Shown here piece by piece: positions 47,301 through 54,663 of a stretch of DNA of 64,000 nucleotides. Below the pieces are notes generated by a model. The model was not told where the DNA came from and searched no databases. It saw nothing but the letters and a program-made list of their open reading frames with translations. The translations under genes were made by a program, and so were the position numbers. Source of the DNA: a phage; sequence record NC_100371.1; one strand, written 5' to 3'. Within the stretch, counting starts at the first letter, position 1; each line of letters begins with the position of its first letter.

Positions 47301-48181
47301 TCCTCACTCAGTGTCATTGTTGCCGGGCCATAGTATGCACCTACCAGTAGACCATATTTGCCAGCCACATAGCTAAGGTCTGCACCACAAGCCTTCAGCA
47401 TCTCTGCCATAATACTTGCTGGTGCTTCGTCCATGTCGAACTCGCCATTAATGGTGTAACGGCGCTCACTGGTTCCGTCCGCGTTTTTTACAGCCTCGTC
47501 GCATATGTTGGCAGCTTCCTTGAAGGACTCCCAGTTGATGGTTTCGTCAGGACATTTAAGGTACGTTCTTAGATAGTCCAGAATCACCAAGGCAGCGTTA
47601 TTGGTATACATCTCTTTACTGATACGAGGATCATAACATTTTTTACCAACCTTGACAAGTGTAACGTTTGGCAACCCAAAAGGAAACTTGTTAGGGTCAA
47701 ACTTAAAGCTGGCACGTAGCCAACTGATACCTCTACCTATCATGTCTGGTGACCACGAAGGGCAGTGTGTTCCCATGAAAGGATCAGAGGTTTTCCTGTC
47801 GTTATGTAACTCCCACGATACCAAATCCCCATACGAGGAAATAGGATTACCGTCGATAAGTATATCTTCTATACCTTCCAAGGGATGATTGGCAAGAACA
47901 ATAGCACAATGAAGGGTTCTGTCCCTGTCCTGCTCCAAAAACGCAAGCAACCCAGATGTGCGTGTCTTCCCATACACTACAGAGCAAGGTGCAGCAGAAG
48001 ATCTGAGAAGTTTTTGTCTATCTTGCTGACTCCTGTAAGATTTGTTTCCTTCGAAAATCTTATCCAGGGTTCTGGTGGTAACAGTGTTCAGGCTGTCAGC
48101 CAGAGCTGCCTTGGATGCGTTCCAGTCATAGCTCGAAGATCTTGCAGAAGCAACGATGTTATCAATCATTGCAATTGGCAT
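44342..48181 (-). CDS. central tail fibre / host-specificity protein, lambda gpJ-like, with internal coiled-coil tandem-repeat insertion
   Basis: 1279 aa. FN3-like region (APEAPVSVEVKQGYFAITLIP ... YYWYIRTTNAFGSSQFVE) and C-terminal region (FMVSANNFAVYNPGNGTATLAF) resemble lambda J from memory; ~200-aa insertion with TNKAT[TV]DLLN-type repeats. Confidence 0.65.
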   Translation of the reverse strand: MPIAMIDNIVASARSSSYDWNASKAALADSLNTVTTRTLDKIFEGNKSYRSQQDRQKLLRSSAAPCSVVYGKTRTSGLLAFLEQDRDRTLHCAIVLANHPLEGIEDILIDGNPISSYGDLVSWELHNDRKTSDPFMGTHCPSWSPDMIGRGISWLRASFKFDPNKFPFGLPNVTLVKVGKKCYDPRISKEMYTNNAALVILDYLRTYLKCPDETINWESFKEAANICDEAVKNADGTSERRYTINGEFDMDEAPASIMAEMLKACGADLSYVAGKYGLLVGAYYGPATMTLSEDCVCGEVKIYPEASFDKRSNTITGRFTSPTKGYSETDFPSVFVPEWVEKDGERKIIDIDYRFVTSPYQAQRVSAIFLRRARAGRIIEVTCNMRGFKFKPGRYVTMDLPSIGIVGQEMRVLEWEFTKKGGVKVKLRQDAKEWNDATGQLPDSGDVDIPISPSGVAQPQNFRYSVLQAGEVTHGVLAWDNVGTYAQNIVQVRKNGEIIWTAQTVEQFVRVEGLTKGSYTATVVATSYKGGVSPEAYCEFNIQAPEAPVSVEVKQGYFAITLIPHSRDLASVSTQYDFWTSGMTRLPDTSDATVTSKATRMGVGSTWTSEGLQNDKIYYWYIRTTNAFGSSQFVECAARCYTSIEDLMPQIDAEFKKTETYKELMSTLDSSIEEVENRVTELNKYMDGRVDEAFQQLGDRIGAVVTETTQKFEDVNGNITALDRKLVAAQNKFTNDLNTESGRLASLIETTNKATTDLLNKKTEALDEKLVAAKGELVEQIDGVESGYLAGDKTLDGKINTQRTELDASILSTNKATVDLLNKTSETLDQKISQTNATVSKNYTTLDGKITTAKTDLNTLIANTNKATTDLLNQKTSALSEQITSARGEISTNKQAIKDLDGKLTSTKTALDATISDTNKATVDLINGTASAIRQELAVAKQEIIDDVGDVSELRAAVATTSKAVTDLEGKVNAQWGTKIQVDSAGNKYVAGIQLGMEGSGGQVQSYFMVSANNFAVYNPGNGTATLAFAIKNNQAFLKDAFIENGTISSAKIAQEISSNNYDGNGYHKYGWYINKNGHAQFMDVWVKGNINASAGNFTGAVNATSGTFRGDVYANNGSFRGTIDATGGTFRGRVEASVIRANQFEGAIVAHRTYGDCAPVYNSQQRVCRWRWRYVDNVSGQGKNVTFFFKLNGTLASSQLNAWIAGHQILAGKKYFNDNNGMCAVGITGLGEQTIDIVIEIYTPWSTSSVTGVTISCPTVIVSRSNSSFQGPWNESHD
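45380..46010 (-). repeat. imperfect tandem repeats (~160 bp unit, about 4 copies) inside the gpJ-like gene
   Basis: Recurrent DNA segments near 45400, 45560, 45720 and 45905 (e.g. gatccac[tg]gt[tc]gctttgttgg) encoding repeated TNKATxDLLN units. Confidence 0.55.
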
Positions 48182-48618
48182 TAATACCTCCAGACATCAA
48201 CAACGATAGAATCTTTCATGTCGAACATAAAGATCCCTTTATCACCTTTCGCCCAAATCTGGTTGTTCCAGAACACACCAGCGGTTAGCCCGTTCAGACC
48301 TTTGAAAATAACAATATCACCACGCTGAACCTGTTTAGGAGTATCCAGTCGAGTCAAAAAGAGATCAAAAATAGTAGGCAGGTGTGTGGTTTTGAAACGA
48401 AGCATGCACCATCTCTTGCTTTCCAACTCTGTTTTATATGTTCCTTCAAAGTTAGAAATAAAATCTGTTCCGTATTGGGCATCAACACACTTAGCCGCAA
48501 AGGTGCAGCAATCGTGGAATCCCCATTCAAACGGGACGGTGGCTTCTTCGTCAAACACTTTCCACAATCTTTCTTGCCAGTCTACTAAACGAGGGTGTGT
48601 GCTCATTAAACCTCCCAA
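48181..48618 (-). CDS. tail assembly protein, NlpC/P60-like (lambda gpK-like position)
   Basis: 145 aa directly upstream of gpJ-like gene (start/stop overlap); HDCCTF and GDIVIF resemble a possibly degenerate NlpC/P60 fold. Confidence 0.35.
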   Translation of the reverse strand: MGGLMSTHPRLVDWQERLWKVFDEEATVPFEWGFHDCCTFAAKCVDAQYGTDFISNFEGTYKTELESKRWCMLRFKTTHLPTIFDLFLTRLDTPKQVQRGDIVIFKGLNGLTAGVFWNNQIWAKGDKGIFMFDMKDSIVVDVWRY

Positions 48619-49172
48619 ATGATCGGGCGGCTTGCCACCTGATCCACATATTTAAAAAATCTGTCATTATCGTTTCTTGAGCTATGGCTTTCCTCTGTGT
48701 ATCGATAAGGAAAACCTCTTAACCAGCTGTTGAAGATGGAAGAGATGGATATAGACAAAGCACTATTCTCCCCTGTCTGAATAGCCATGTCTGTTATAAG
48801 GCCGTCAAACAAGCCATTAGTTGTAACAGGTAAACCATTCTCCATAGCGGTGATATATAACGTGGCACGGCAACCAGAATACTCCGTCTTCAGCAGATCA
48901 CCTACATACTTGGGATCAAACCCGTTCAATGTTGCTACCACAGATCCGAAGTTGGTGGCATCTTTCTCAGACACAGCAGTCAATGTTGCTGATCCACCTA
49001 TTCCTATAAAATGTTGCCCCTCAATCACCACAACACCAGTGCCTGAGCACACCCTGACAGTTCCTGTTGGCAGCTCTAGCTTTGCAGCAATTAAGATCTC
49101 AACACTATCAAGCTCTAGCTTTTCAAGAAATAAATTATCTAATGGCGCTCTTATCATCTTAGAAATCCTCAA
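48606..49172 (-). CDS. putative minor tail protein (lambda gpL-like position)
   Basis: 188 aa; synteny upstream of K-like and J-like genes. Confidence 0.3.
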   Translation of the reverse strand: MRISKMIRAPLDNLFLEKLELDSVEILIAAKLELPTGTVRVCSGTGVVVIEGQHFIGIGGSATLTAVSEKDATNFGSVVATLNGFDPKYVGDLLKTEYSGCRATLYITAMENGLPVTTNGLFDGLITDMAIQTGENSALSISISSIFNSWLRGFPYRYTEESHSSRNDNDRFFKYVDQVASRPIIWEV

Positions 49173-49749
49173 AGAAGTTGATAACTATATTGTCACCTTT
49201 CTGCATAGCATCAACCTTTTGCTTAATCTTATAGAGATCCCTGATATGAAATCTACCCTTCGGAGATTGAGTTATTATCTTCATAGTATCTCCTGCGGCA
49301 ATAGGTTTCCTAAGTCTTGGTGATATGTTTATAACAGCTGCCCCCACACCATCACTTCGCACTGAGGATGTTACAACTTTCAACTCATCATTGACAGATA
49401 TTTTATCCCCAGCCCTGACTATATCTCTGTTCGGTTCCCAACCAACCGTCTTCAAAAAATCGTCATTACCAGTTGGTCCTAGAGCGATTGGCTCATTGGA
49501 AGTAACTGAATGACCATAGGCCTTGATAAGAAAAATGTTTCCATCTTTGTAAACCTGATCAACAAAACTTTTAAGCTCCAATAGCTGGGACTCACTTATA
49601 TTGGAAACCGTCAAAGTTCCTTTCCAGTTGGGCGTGGCATAGGTTACTTTTTGCGTCTTACCTGTAAACGGGCTTTTAAACGTAACAATATCTGCCAGCA
49701 ACTCCAATCTAATATCTGGAAGATATCTAGGTCTTTCCCATAAAAACAT
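49159..49749 (-). CDS. putative tail protein (196 aa)
   Basis: First gene after a terminator/promoter junction; GGAGG RBS. Confidence 0.4.
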   Translation of the reverse strand: MFLWERPRYLPDIRLELLADIVTFKSPFTGKTQKVTYATPNWKGTLTVSNISESQLLELKSFVDQVYKDGNIFLIKAYGHSVTSNEPIALGPTGNDDFLKTVGWEPNRDIVRAGDKISVNDELKVVTSSVRSDGVGAAVINISPRLRKPIAAGDTMKIITQSPKGRFHIRDLYKIKQKVDAMQKGDNIVINFFEDF

Positions 49750-49780
49750 TATGCCTCCAGGTTAAACAATTATGATAGTT

Positions 49781-49840
49781 ATTTTACCAGATTTTAAGTT
49801 AATACGCAATACAAACAAAAAGCCCTCGCCGAAGCGAGGG
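49781..49840 (-). promoter_or_regulatory. intrinsic terminator (UUCG-loop hairpin) followed by extended -10 promoter-like motif
   Basis: Minus strand: CCCTCGC-TTCG-GCGAGGG (49823-49840) + CUUUUUGUUUG, then TTGCGT (49809-49804), 17-nt spacer, TGG-TAAAAT (-10 at 49786-49781). Confidence 0.5.
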
Positions 49841-49854
49841 CAATACTTTATACT

Positions 49855-50187
49855 TTAAAGTGCTTCCAAGGTAGATACTGATGGGTCGAACATGTTCAAC
49901 CTTATCGGATCTACAATTTTTCCGCTTTTAGAGATGATATTTTCTGCATCTTCGTCCAGAGCCAGAACGTTGACATAAAACAATTTACTTTTCTCGCAAA
50001 CTGGGTAGACAACCATGTTGCCAAACTCATCCTCGGCCTCATAAGTGTCTTCAGTTTCTGTGTAAATGAACCCGACAACCTCTACAAGAAGGGTGTTTTG
50101 CAACACCTCATTCTCGTAAAAGCCGATTTCGTCCATGAAACCGTTAAAATCCTCCCTACCAGTAAACCCAAGGGTAAAAGTATTCAT
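49855..50187 (-). CDS. hypothetical protein (110 aa), possible fibre chaperone
   Basis: Start overlaps the stop of the 1479-aa fibre gene; acidic. Confidence 0.4.
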   Translation of the reverse strand: MNTFTLGFTGREDFNGFMDEIGFYENEVLQNTLLVEVVGFIYTETEDTYEAEDEFGNMVVYPVCEKSKLFYVNVLALDEDAENIISKSGKIVDPIRLNMFDPSVSTLEAL

Positions 50188-53100
50188 TATTCAACACTCT
50201 CCATCATAAGCTGGGTGTCGGTCAATGCAGAGTTCCAAACTCTTACATCTTTAATATGACCAAACAAATGTCTTTCACCTGTCGCCGTTTGACCTCCGAG
50301 ACGGATGAGAGCGCCTCCTGCCAGGAATTCCCAAGAAGATTGCGTTTCCGTACTCACCAATCCGTTAGCAAAAGAGCAGGTTTTACCGTCATCTTTTATC
50401 CTGAACCCAATTTTCAATTTACGTGTTTTAGCCATCTCATAGACACGTCTGTTTGAACCGCCAATATCACAATATGGATAACCATCTTCTGCAATATTTG
50501 CTGCAGAGCCAAATCCCATGATAAATGCAGCACCGTATTGGTGGCCCTCTGTATCAATAACTCTAGGAGCTGCGTTAGGAGCTTTTCCCCAACCTCTCCA
50601 GTTGGCATCCACCGTAGCGGCGATGGTGAACGGTCTAGGTGCTAAATTATCAGTCATTGGGAATTTACAAAGGTCTGCTGCCCTAGTCACTGGTGAAGAC
50701 CCTGTAGGGATAAACGAGGACTCACAAGATCCTAACTCGAACTGAGGTATTGCGACGTCAACCCAATCCCCTACGGCATGTTGAGAACCATCCGGTGGGG
50801 CAATCTGGAACTGGCACCCAATATTCATGTCAGAGTCCACTGCCTCAAACGTAGCAACAACTCTTATCCAAGCAGGTCCGGCTGTTTGCCATCTCTCAGC
50901 TTTTACTTTAATTCTCCCAGCTGCAACACCTGTTGTTTTAACTTCAAGTGTTGACAGGTTAACATAGGCATCACCTTGGAATACTGTGGTGGATCCGTTA
51001 TACATGTCAAATCTTACACGCAGTCTCTGGTGAGCTTTACCACCTCTTGCAATAATAGACCCAGTACAAAATTTCTCAGCACCTGTTACATCTGCACCAC
51101 GGGTGGCTGGAACTGTAGCCAGGTTTAACGCTGTTGTTTCTACACCGGATACGTTGCTTACTGTAAATCTTGCACCTTTTGTGCCGTTGGTGTTTGTTAC
51201 AGTGTTACCGACCGTAATCTGTGACTGGGCTCCCCATTTGCTCGGATCTTCACTGTTAAGCATCAGATTTGTCCTTTGACCTTCAATGAGCAGACCATCT
51301 CTTTCGAAACGTGGTTGGTTTGCCTGTGCAACAGCCATGACACCGCGCTTAGTGAAATAGGTTGCGGTAGAAGGTCTGGAGAAGATCATCTCCCCCTCAC
51401 CTAACACAGGTTTCAGGTTAGAGGTTAAAGGTAGCCACAGATCTGGCATAACTGGGGCAGTTGTACTTTCTGGGAAGCTAGTTCTCTTCCAAGGGCTCCA
51501 GTTCATTCCACTGCCAGTGTTATTATAATACCTTTCCCACGTTCCACCAAGATACATTTTATATATCTGGACACACCCTGTACCCTCGTTGGCAGAGTTT
51601 CTAAGCACGATAAGCGTACCAGCCATCTGCTGTCCTGGTGGGTAGTGTCTCTCCGCTGTGGCGTTGGCATTTGCCTCTTGATGGTAAATACCTTCGCGAT
51701 CCGCTTTGTAATCGTTAAGGTCGCTAGTTCCCAACCCTTGTCCACGGTGCTGAATAACTTTGTTCCACGCTCTGTGGTTACCCTGCTCTATGGAACGGGT
51801 GTACAGCTGATCTAAACGACCTGCCATCTGGAAAGCATAGTTTCCAGAAAATGCCACAGACAACCCACCAACAACCATTGAACCTTCAGGCCCGTTGACG
51901 TTGCCAGCCAGTATTTTGGACGGATTATTATTTCCGAACTGGTTGTTCCAGTCTGCACCTGTGTGGCATACAAAACCACCTGGGGCCGAGAAAGTACCGT
52001 CTTTGTTGAAATTGTAGAATCTGTGAGCTGTGCCAACAACATCGCGAACAATAACTTGACCCGCTTCTGGAGTAGATCTGAACTCTGCCTGACCTTTGAG
52101 ACCAGCACCATTGCCGCATTTAGAGGTAAATGTGCCGTTAGTCAGATCCTCTGTCCCATCTGATGCACACTGGAATCCTGCATTAGAGAATAACGCCTTT
52201 CTAGGACTGCTGTAGCACAAATAGTCAATACCGTCTGCCCATAGCTCGACTTTCGGCATGTTCATTTTGCTCATCACTGCATAGCGTTCAGCAGTGCCTA
52301 TATAGTGCCACTGTGTGCCGCCGCCAGTGTAGAACCCAGAAGTACCTTTGAAGTCAACAATAGGTCTGGTGTTTGTATTGTTATCTCCAAGAACAGCAAG
52401 ATTCAAGTCTGCCGACTGGAGAGGTGAAACGAACTTAACACCGTCCTGATTGTTTGTTACAGAGCCGACCTGATAATCTTGCTCTCTGGTAAACACTTCG
52501 ACAACATTTCTACTTGCGTATATGCTAACAGGGAAAGCACGAGCCTCTACATAGAAAGCAACATACTCTTGTTTACCCCTTGTTGGAGCAACCATCCCAA
52601 GAATTGCTTTTTCATTCTGGTAGAAATTTACTACCCCGTAGAAAGAGTCTCCTCTGTCTGTCCAACCACCAGTTCTATAGTGACACTGCAAGGTGGCGCA
52701 GTTCATAGGGTCACCGCCAGATGAAGATCTGGTAACTATGGTAATATCAGTGCCAGTTGCTGGAGCATAGTACGGATCTGTTCTGACGATGATCGGGTAG
52801 TATTTCCCATCTTCCATTCCTGCGGTTCTTGGCAGTGTTAAGAAGTCTTTTACACCTGCTGCTATAGGAACTTTGAACAGATTCTGAGCATCTGCTAAAG
52901 TTGTAGCCCCAGTGCCGCCTGCGGCTTGAGGTAAAGGTTCCCACTTGGCCTTCCGGTTGTTATACACACCCCATTCCAGAGTGCCGTTACCGGATTCATC
53001 CATCCCTCCATCCCAAACGACCATTTTTGCGGCTTTCTTGGATCCCCAGAACCCTCTTTCTGCTCCTGAACTACGGATCCATTCCCCAAGTCCCCAGTTT

Positions 53101-54626
53101 GTCAGCTGACCAGTGAGATCCCCAACCTGCATGTATTTAGGACAATCTAATACGCCATCCTCACGGAATCCTAAATATCTATGAGTTTCAGATCCTTTTG
53201 CACCTTTGTGGAGGTGAATTGTTAACCAAGCCTTATTATCGTTTCTTACCTCGGAGTAGATCCTATACCCATGCTCAAGAACACCGTCGGTGTCATATTT
53301 ATCCCCATGGAGAATACCTGAAGCAGATTTAACATCTCCTGAGTATTGAGCCAAGTAAAGGTGCCCGAAAGCAGGGGAGTTGTTTTTACCAAGGCCGATA
53401 TGAGATCTGAAGGTGTCATCATTCCGAGGTCTGACCATCGGCTGCCATGCAGTCCACTGGTTTGTGTTGGCCTGATAGGTTCTCAAATACCAAACATCTA
53501 CGTTAGAGAATGGATAGTATTCCTGACGACAGCCAGTGCCACCGTTAGCATTGTTCTGCCAAACAATCAGGTGACCAGCACCAGAACCTGCAGGGTAACC
53601 ATTTGCCTCAGTTGCATTAGCGGTTATCGGCTGGTAGTATATGCCGTCCTGATTACCAGTCAAGTTATTGATATTGAAATTTGCCTCAAGGGCTGCACGT
53701 TGCTTATAGAAAGCACCGATATTGATACGGACTCCAGCGGCATCTCTAGCTCCTGTACCGCCTTGCTCTATAGCAAGAGGTTGCCACGAGGCTGTTTGTT
53801 GGTTCCACATGCCCCAACGGCCTGCTGCATCAAGCTGCAAATACCCTGCCGTGTTTAAATCATCTCCGGCACGGATAACTGTTCTTGTTGGGTTGTTTGC
53901 CTCTAGGCGTTTAAATTCATCACGAAGTGCTATTCTTTTTGTTGTTGCCACACCGTTGGTCACTGCAATGGTGTACATGGCTCCGGAGGTAGCGCCACGG
54001 AAAATACCATCAACAGTTGTAGTATCACGACGAGATACCACACCGTTCAGAAATTTTTCACCAGCTGCTTCAGAAGGGTAGTTAGTAGTTCTTCCCTCTT
54101 CAATAACTGCAGGACCCACAAAGTTGACAAGGTGAATAACATCGCCTACAGTATGCACTGTACCAAAATCTACCCGCTGTGCAAGTGCTTTAGCATCGTT
54201 GGCTGTCTGAACAGTAACATCCATTACATCCTGGACAGACTGCCCTTCGGCTGTCATGATCATAGATGCGCCAATGGTAGATTCCAGCTCCTCCCTTAAG
54301 GACGGATCTGTATATACCATCCATGCAGCGTCAGTAATCCCCCCGTCGGAGTACGGTGAAGACAGTGCAGGAACAGTGTGTGGAAATTCGCCTTTCCAAC
54401 GCAGGTAGAGGTCTTCCTCTTCGAAGTAGGCAAAATCCATTGGGCCGTTTAACTTACCACCTTCCTTAAAGGAGATTACATGAGAAACAGTCCCATCCAC
54501 ATGGACAACATCGCCAATTTTTACACGACGGGTCAGGTCTGGTTGTTGAACAACCAGGTAATCATCCTCTGTCACTGCGGTAGTGGCAGGAAGAGATTCA
54601 ATTCTGACAACTTTAATATCAGCCAT
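50187..54626 (-). CDS. large tail fibre / receptor-binding protein with N-terminal anchor domain and C-terminal LamG/ConA-like lectin domain
   Basis: 1479 aa. N-terminal ~100 aa shared with 57263..57931; repeated W-x-PL-x(3-5)-GGTGA motifs; C-terminal LFGHIKDVRVWNSALTDTQL resembles the LamG-type signature. Confidence 0.6.
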   Translation of the reverse strand: MADIKVVRIESLPATTAVTEDDYLVVQQPDLTRRVKIGDVVHVDGTVSHVISFKEGGKLNGPMDFAYFEEEDLYLRWKGEFPHTVPALSSPYSDGGITDAAWMVYTDPSLREELESTIGASMIMTAEGQSVQDVMDVTVQTANDAKALAQRVDFGTVHTVGDVIHLVNFVGPAVIEEGRTTNYPSEAAGEKFLNGVVSRRDTTTVDGIFRGATSGAMYTIAVTNGVATTKRIALRDEFKRLEANNPTRTVIRAGDDLNTAGYLQLDAAGRWGMWNQQTASWQPLAIEQGGTGARDAAGVRINIGAFYKQRAALEANFNINNLTGNQDGIYYQPITANATEANGYPAGSGAGHLIVWQNNANGGTGCRQEYYPFSNVDVWYLRTYQANTNQWTAWQPMVRPRNDDTFRSHIGLGKNNSPAFGHLYLAQYSGDVKSASGILHGDKYDTDGVLEHGYRIYSEVRNDNKAWLTIHLHKGAKGSETHRYLGFREDGVLDCPKYMQVGDLTGQLTNWGLGEWIRSSGAERGFWGSKKAAKMVVWDGGMDESGNGTLEWGVYNNRKAKWEPLPQAAGGTGATTLADAQNLFKVPIAAGVKDFLTLPRTAGMEDGKYYPIIVRTDPYYAPATGTDITIVTRSSSGGDPMNCATLQCHYRTGGWTDRGDSFYGVVNFYQNEKAILGMVAPTRGKQEYVAFYVEARAFPVSIYASRNVVEVFTREQDYQVGSVTNNQDGVKFVSPLQSADLNLAVLGDNNTNTRPIVDFKGTSGFYTGGGTQWHYIGTAERYAVMSKMNMPKVELWADGIDYLCYSSPRKALFSNAGFQCASDGTEDLTNGTFTSKCGNGAGLKGQAEFRSTPEAGQVIVRDVVGTAHRFYNFNKDGTFSAPGGFVCHTGADWNNQFGNNNPSKILAGNVNGPEGSMVVGGLSVAFSGNYAFQMAGRLDQLYTRSIEQGNHRAWNKVIQHRGQGLGTSDLNDYKADREGIYHQEANANATAERHYPPGQQMAGTLIVLRNSANEGTGCVQIYKMYLGGTWERYYNNTGSGMNWSPWKRTSFPESTTAPVMPDLWLPLTSNLKPVLGEGEMIFSRPSTATYFTKRGVMAVAQANQPRFERDGLLIEGQRTNLMLNSEDPSKWGAQSQITVGNTVTNTNGTKGARFTVSNVSGVETTALNLATVPATRGADVTGAEKFCTGSIIARGGKAHQRLRVRFDMYNGSTTVFQGDAYVNLSTLEVKTTGVAAGRIKVKAERWQTAGPAWIRVVATFEAVDSDMNIGCQFQIAPPDGSQHAVGDWVDVAIPQFELGSCESSFIPTGSSPVTRAADLCKFPMTDNLAPRPFTIAATVDANWRGWGKAPNAAPRVIDTEGHQYGAAFIMGFGSAANIAEDGYPYCDIGGSNRRVYEMAKTRKLKIGFRIKDDGKTCSFANGLVSTETQSSWEFLAGGALIRLGGQTATGERHLFGHIKDVRVWNSALTDTQLMMESVE

Positions 54627-54640
54627 TCTTTCTCCTGAAA

Positions 54641-54657
54641 GGGGGCAAACAGCCCCC
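54641..54657 (-). terminator. intergenic hairpin (weak terminator/attenuator) between 865-aa and 1479-aa genes
   Basis: GGGGGC-AAACA-GCCCCC with only a short U tract on the minus-strand RNA, immediately before the RBS AGGAGAAAG of the next gene. Confidence 0.35.
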
Positions 54658-54663
54658 TATATG

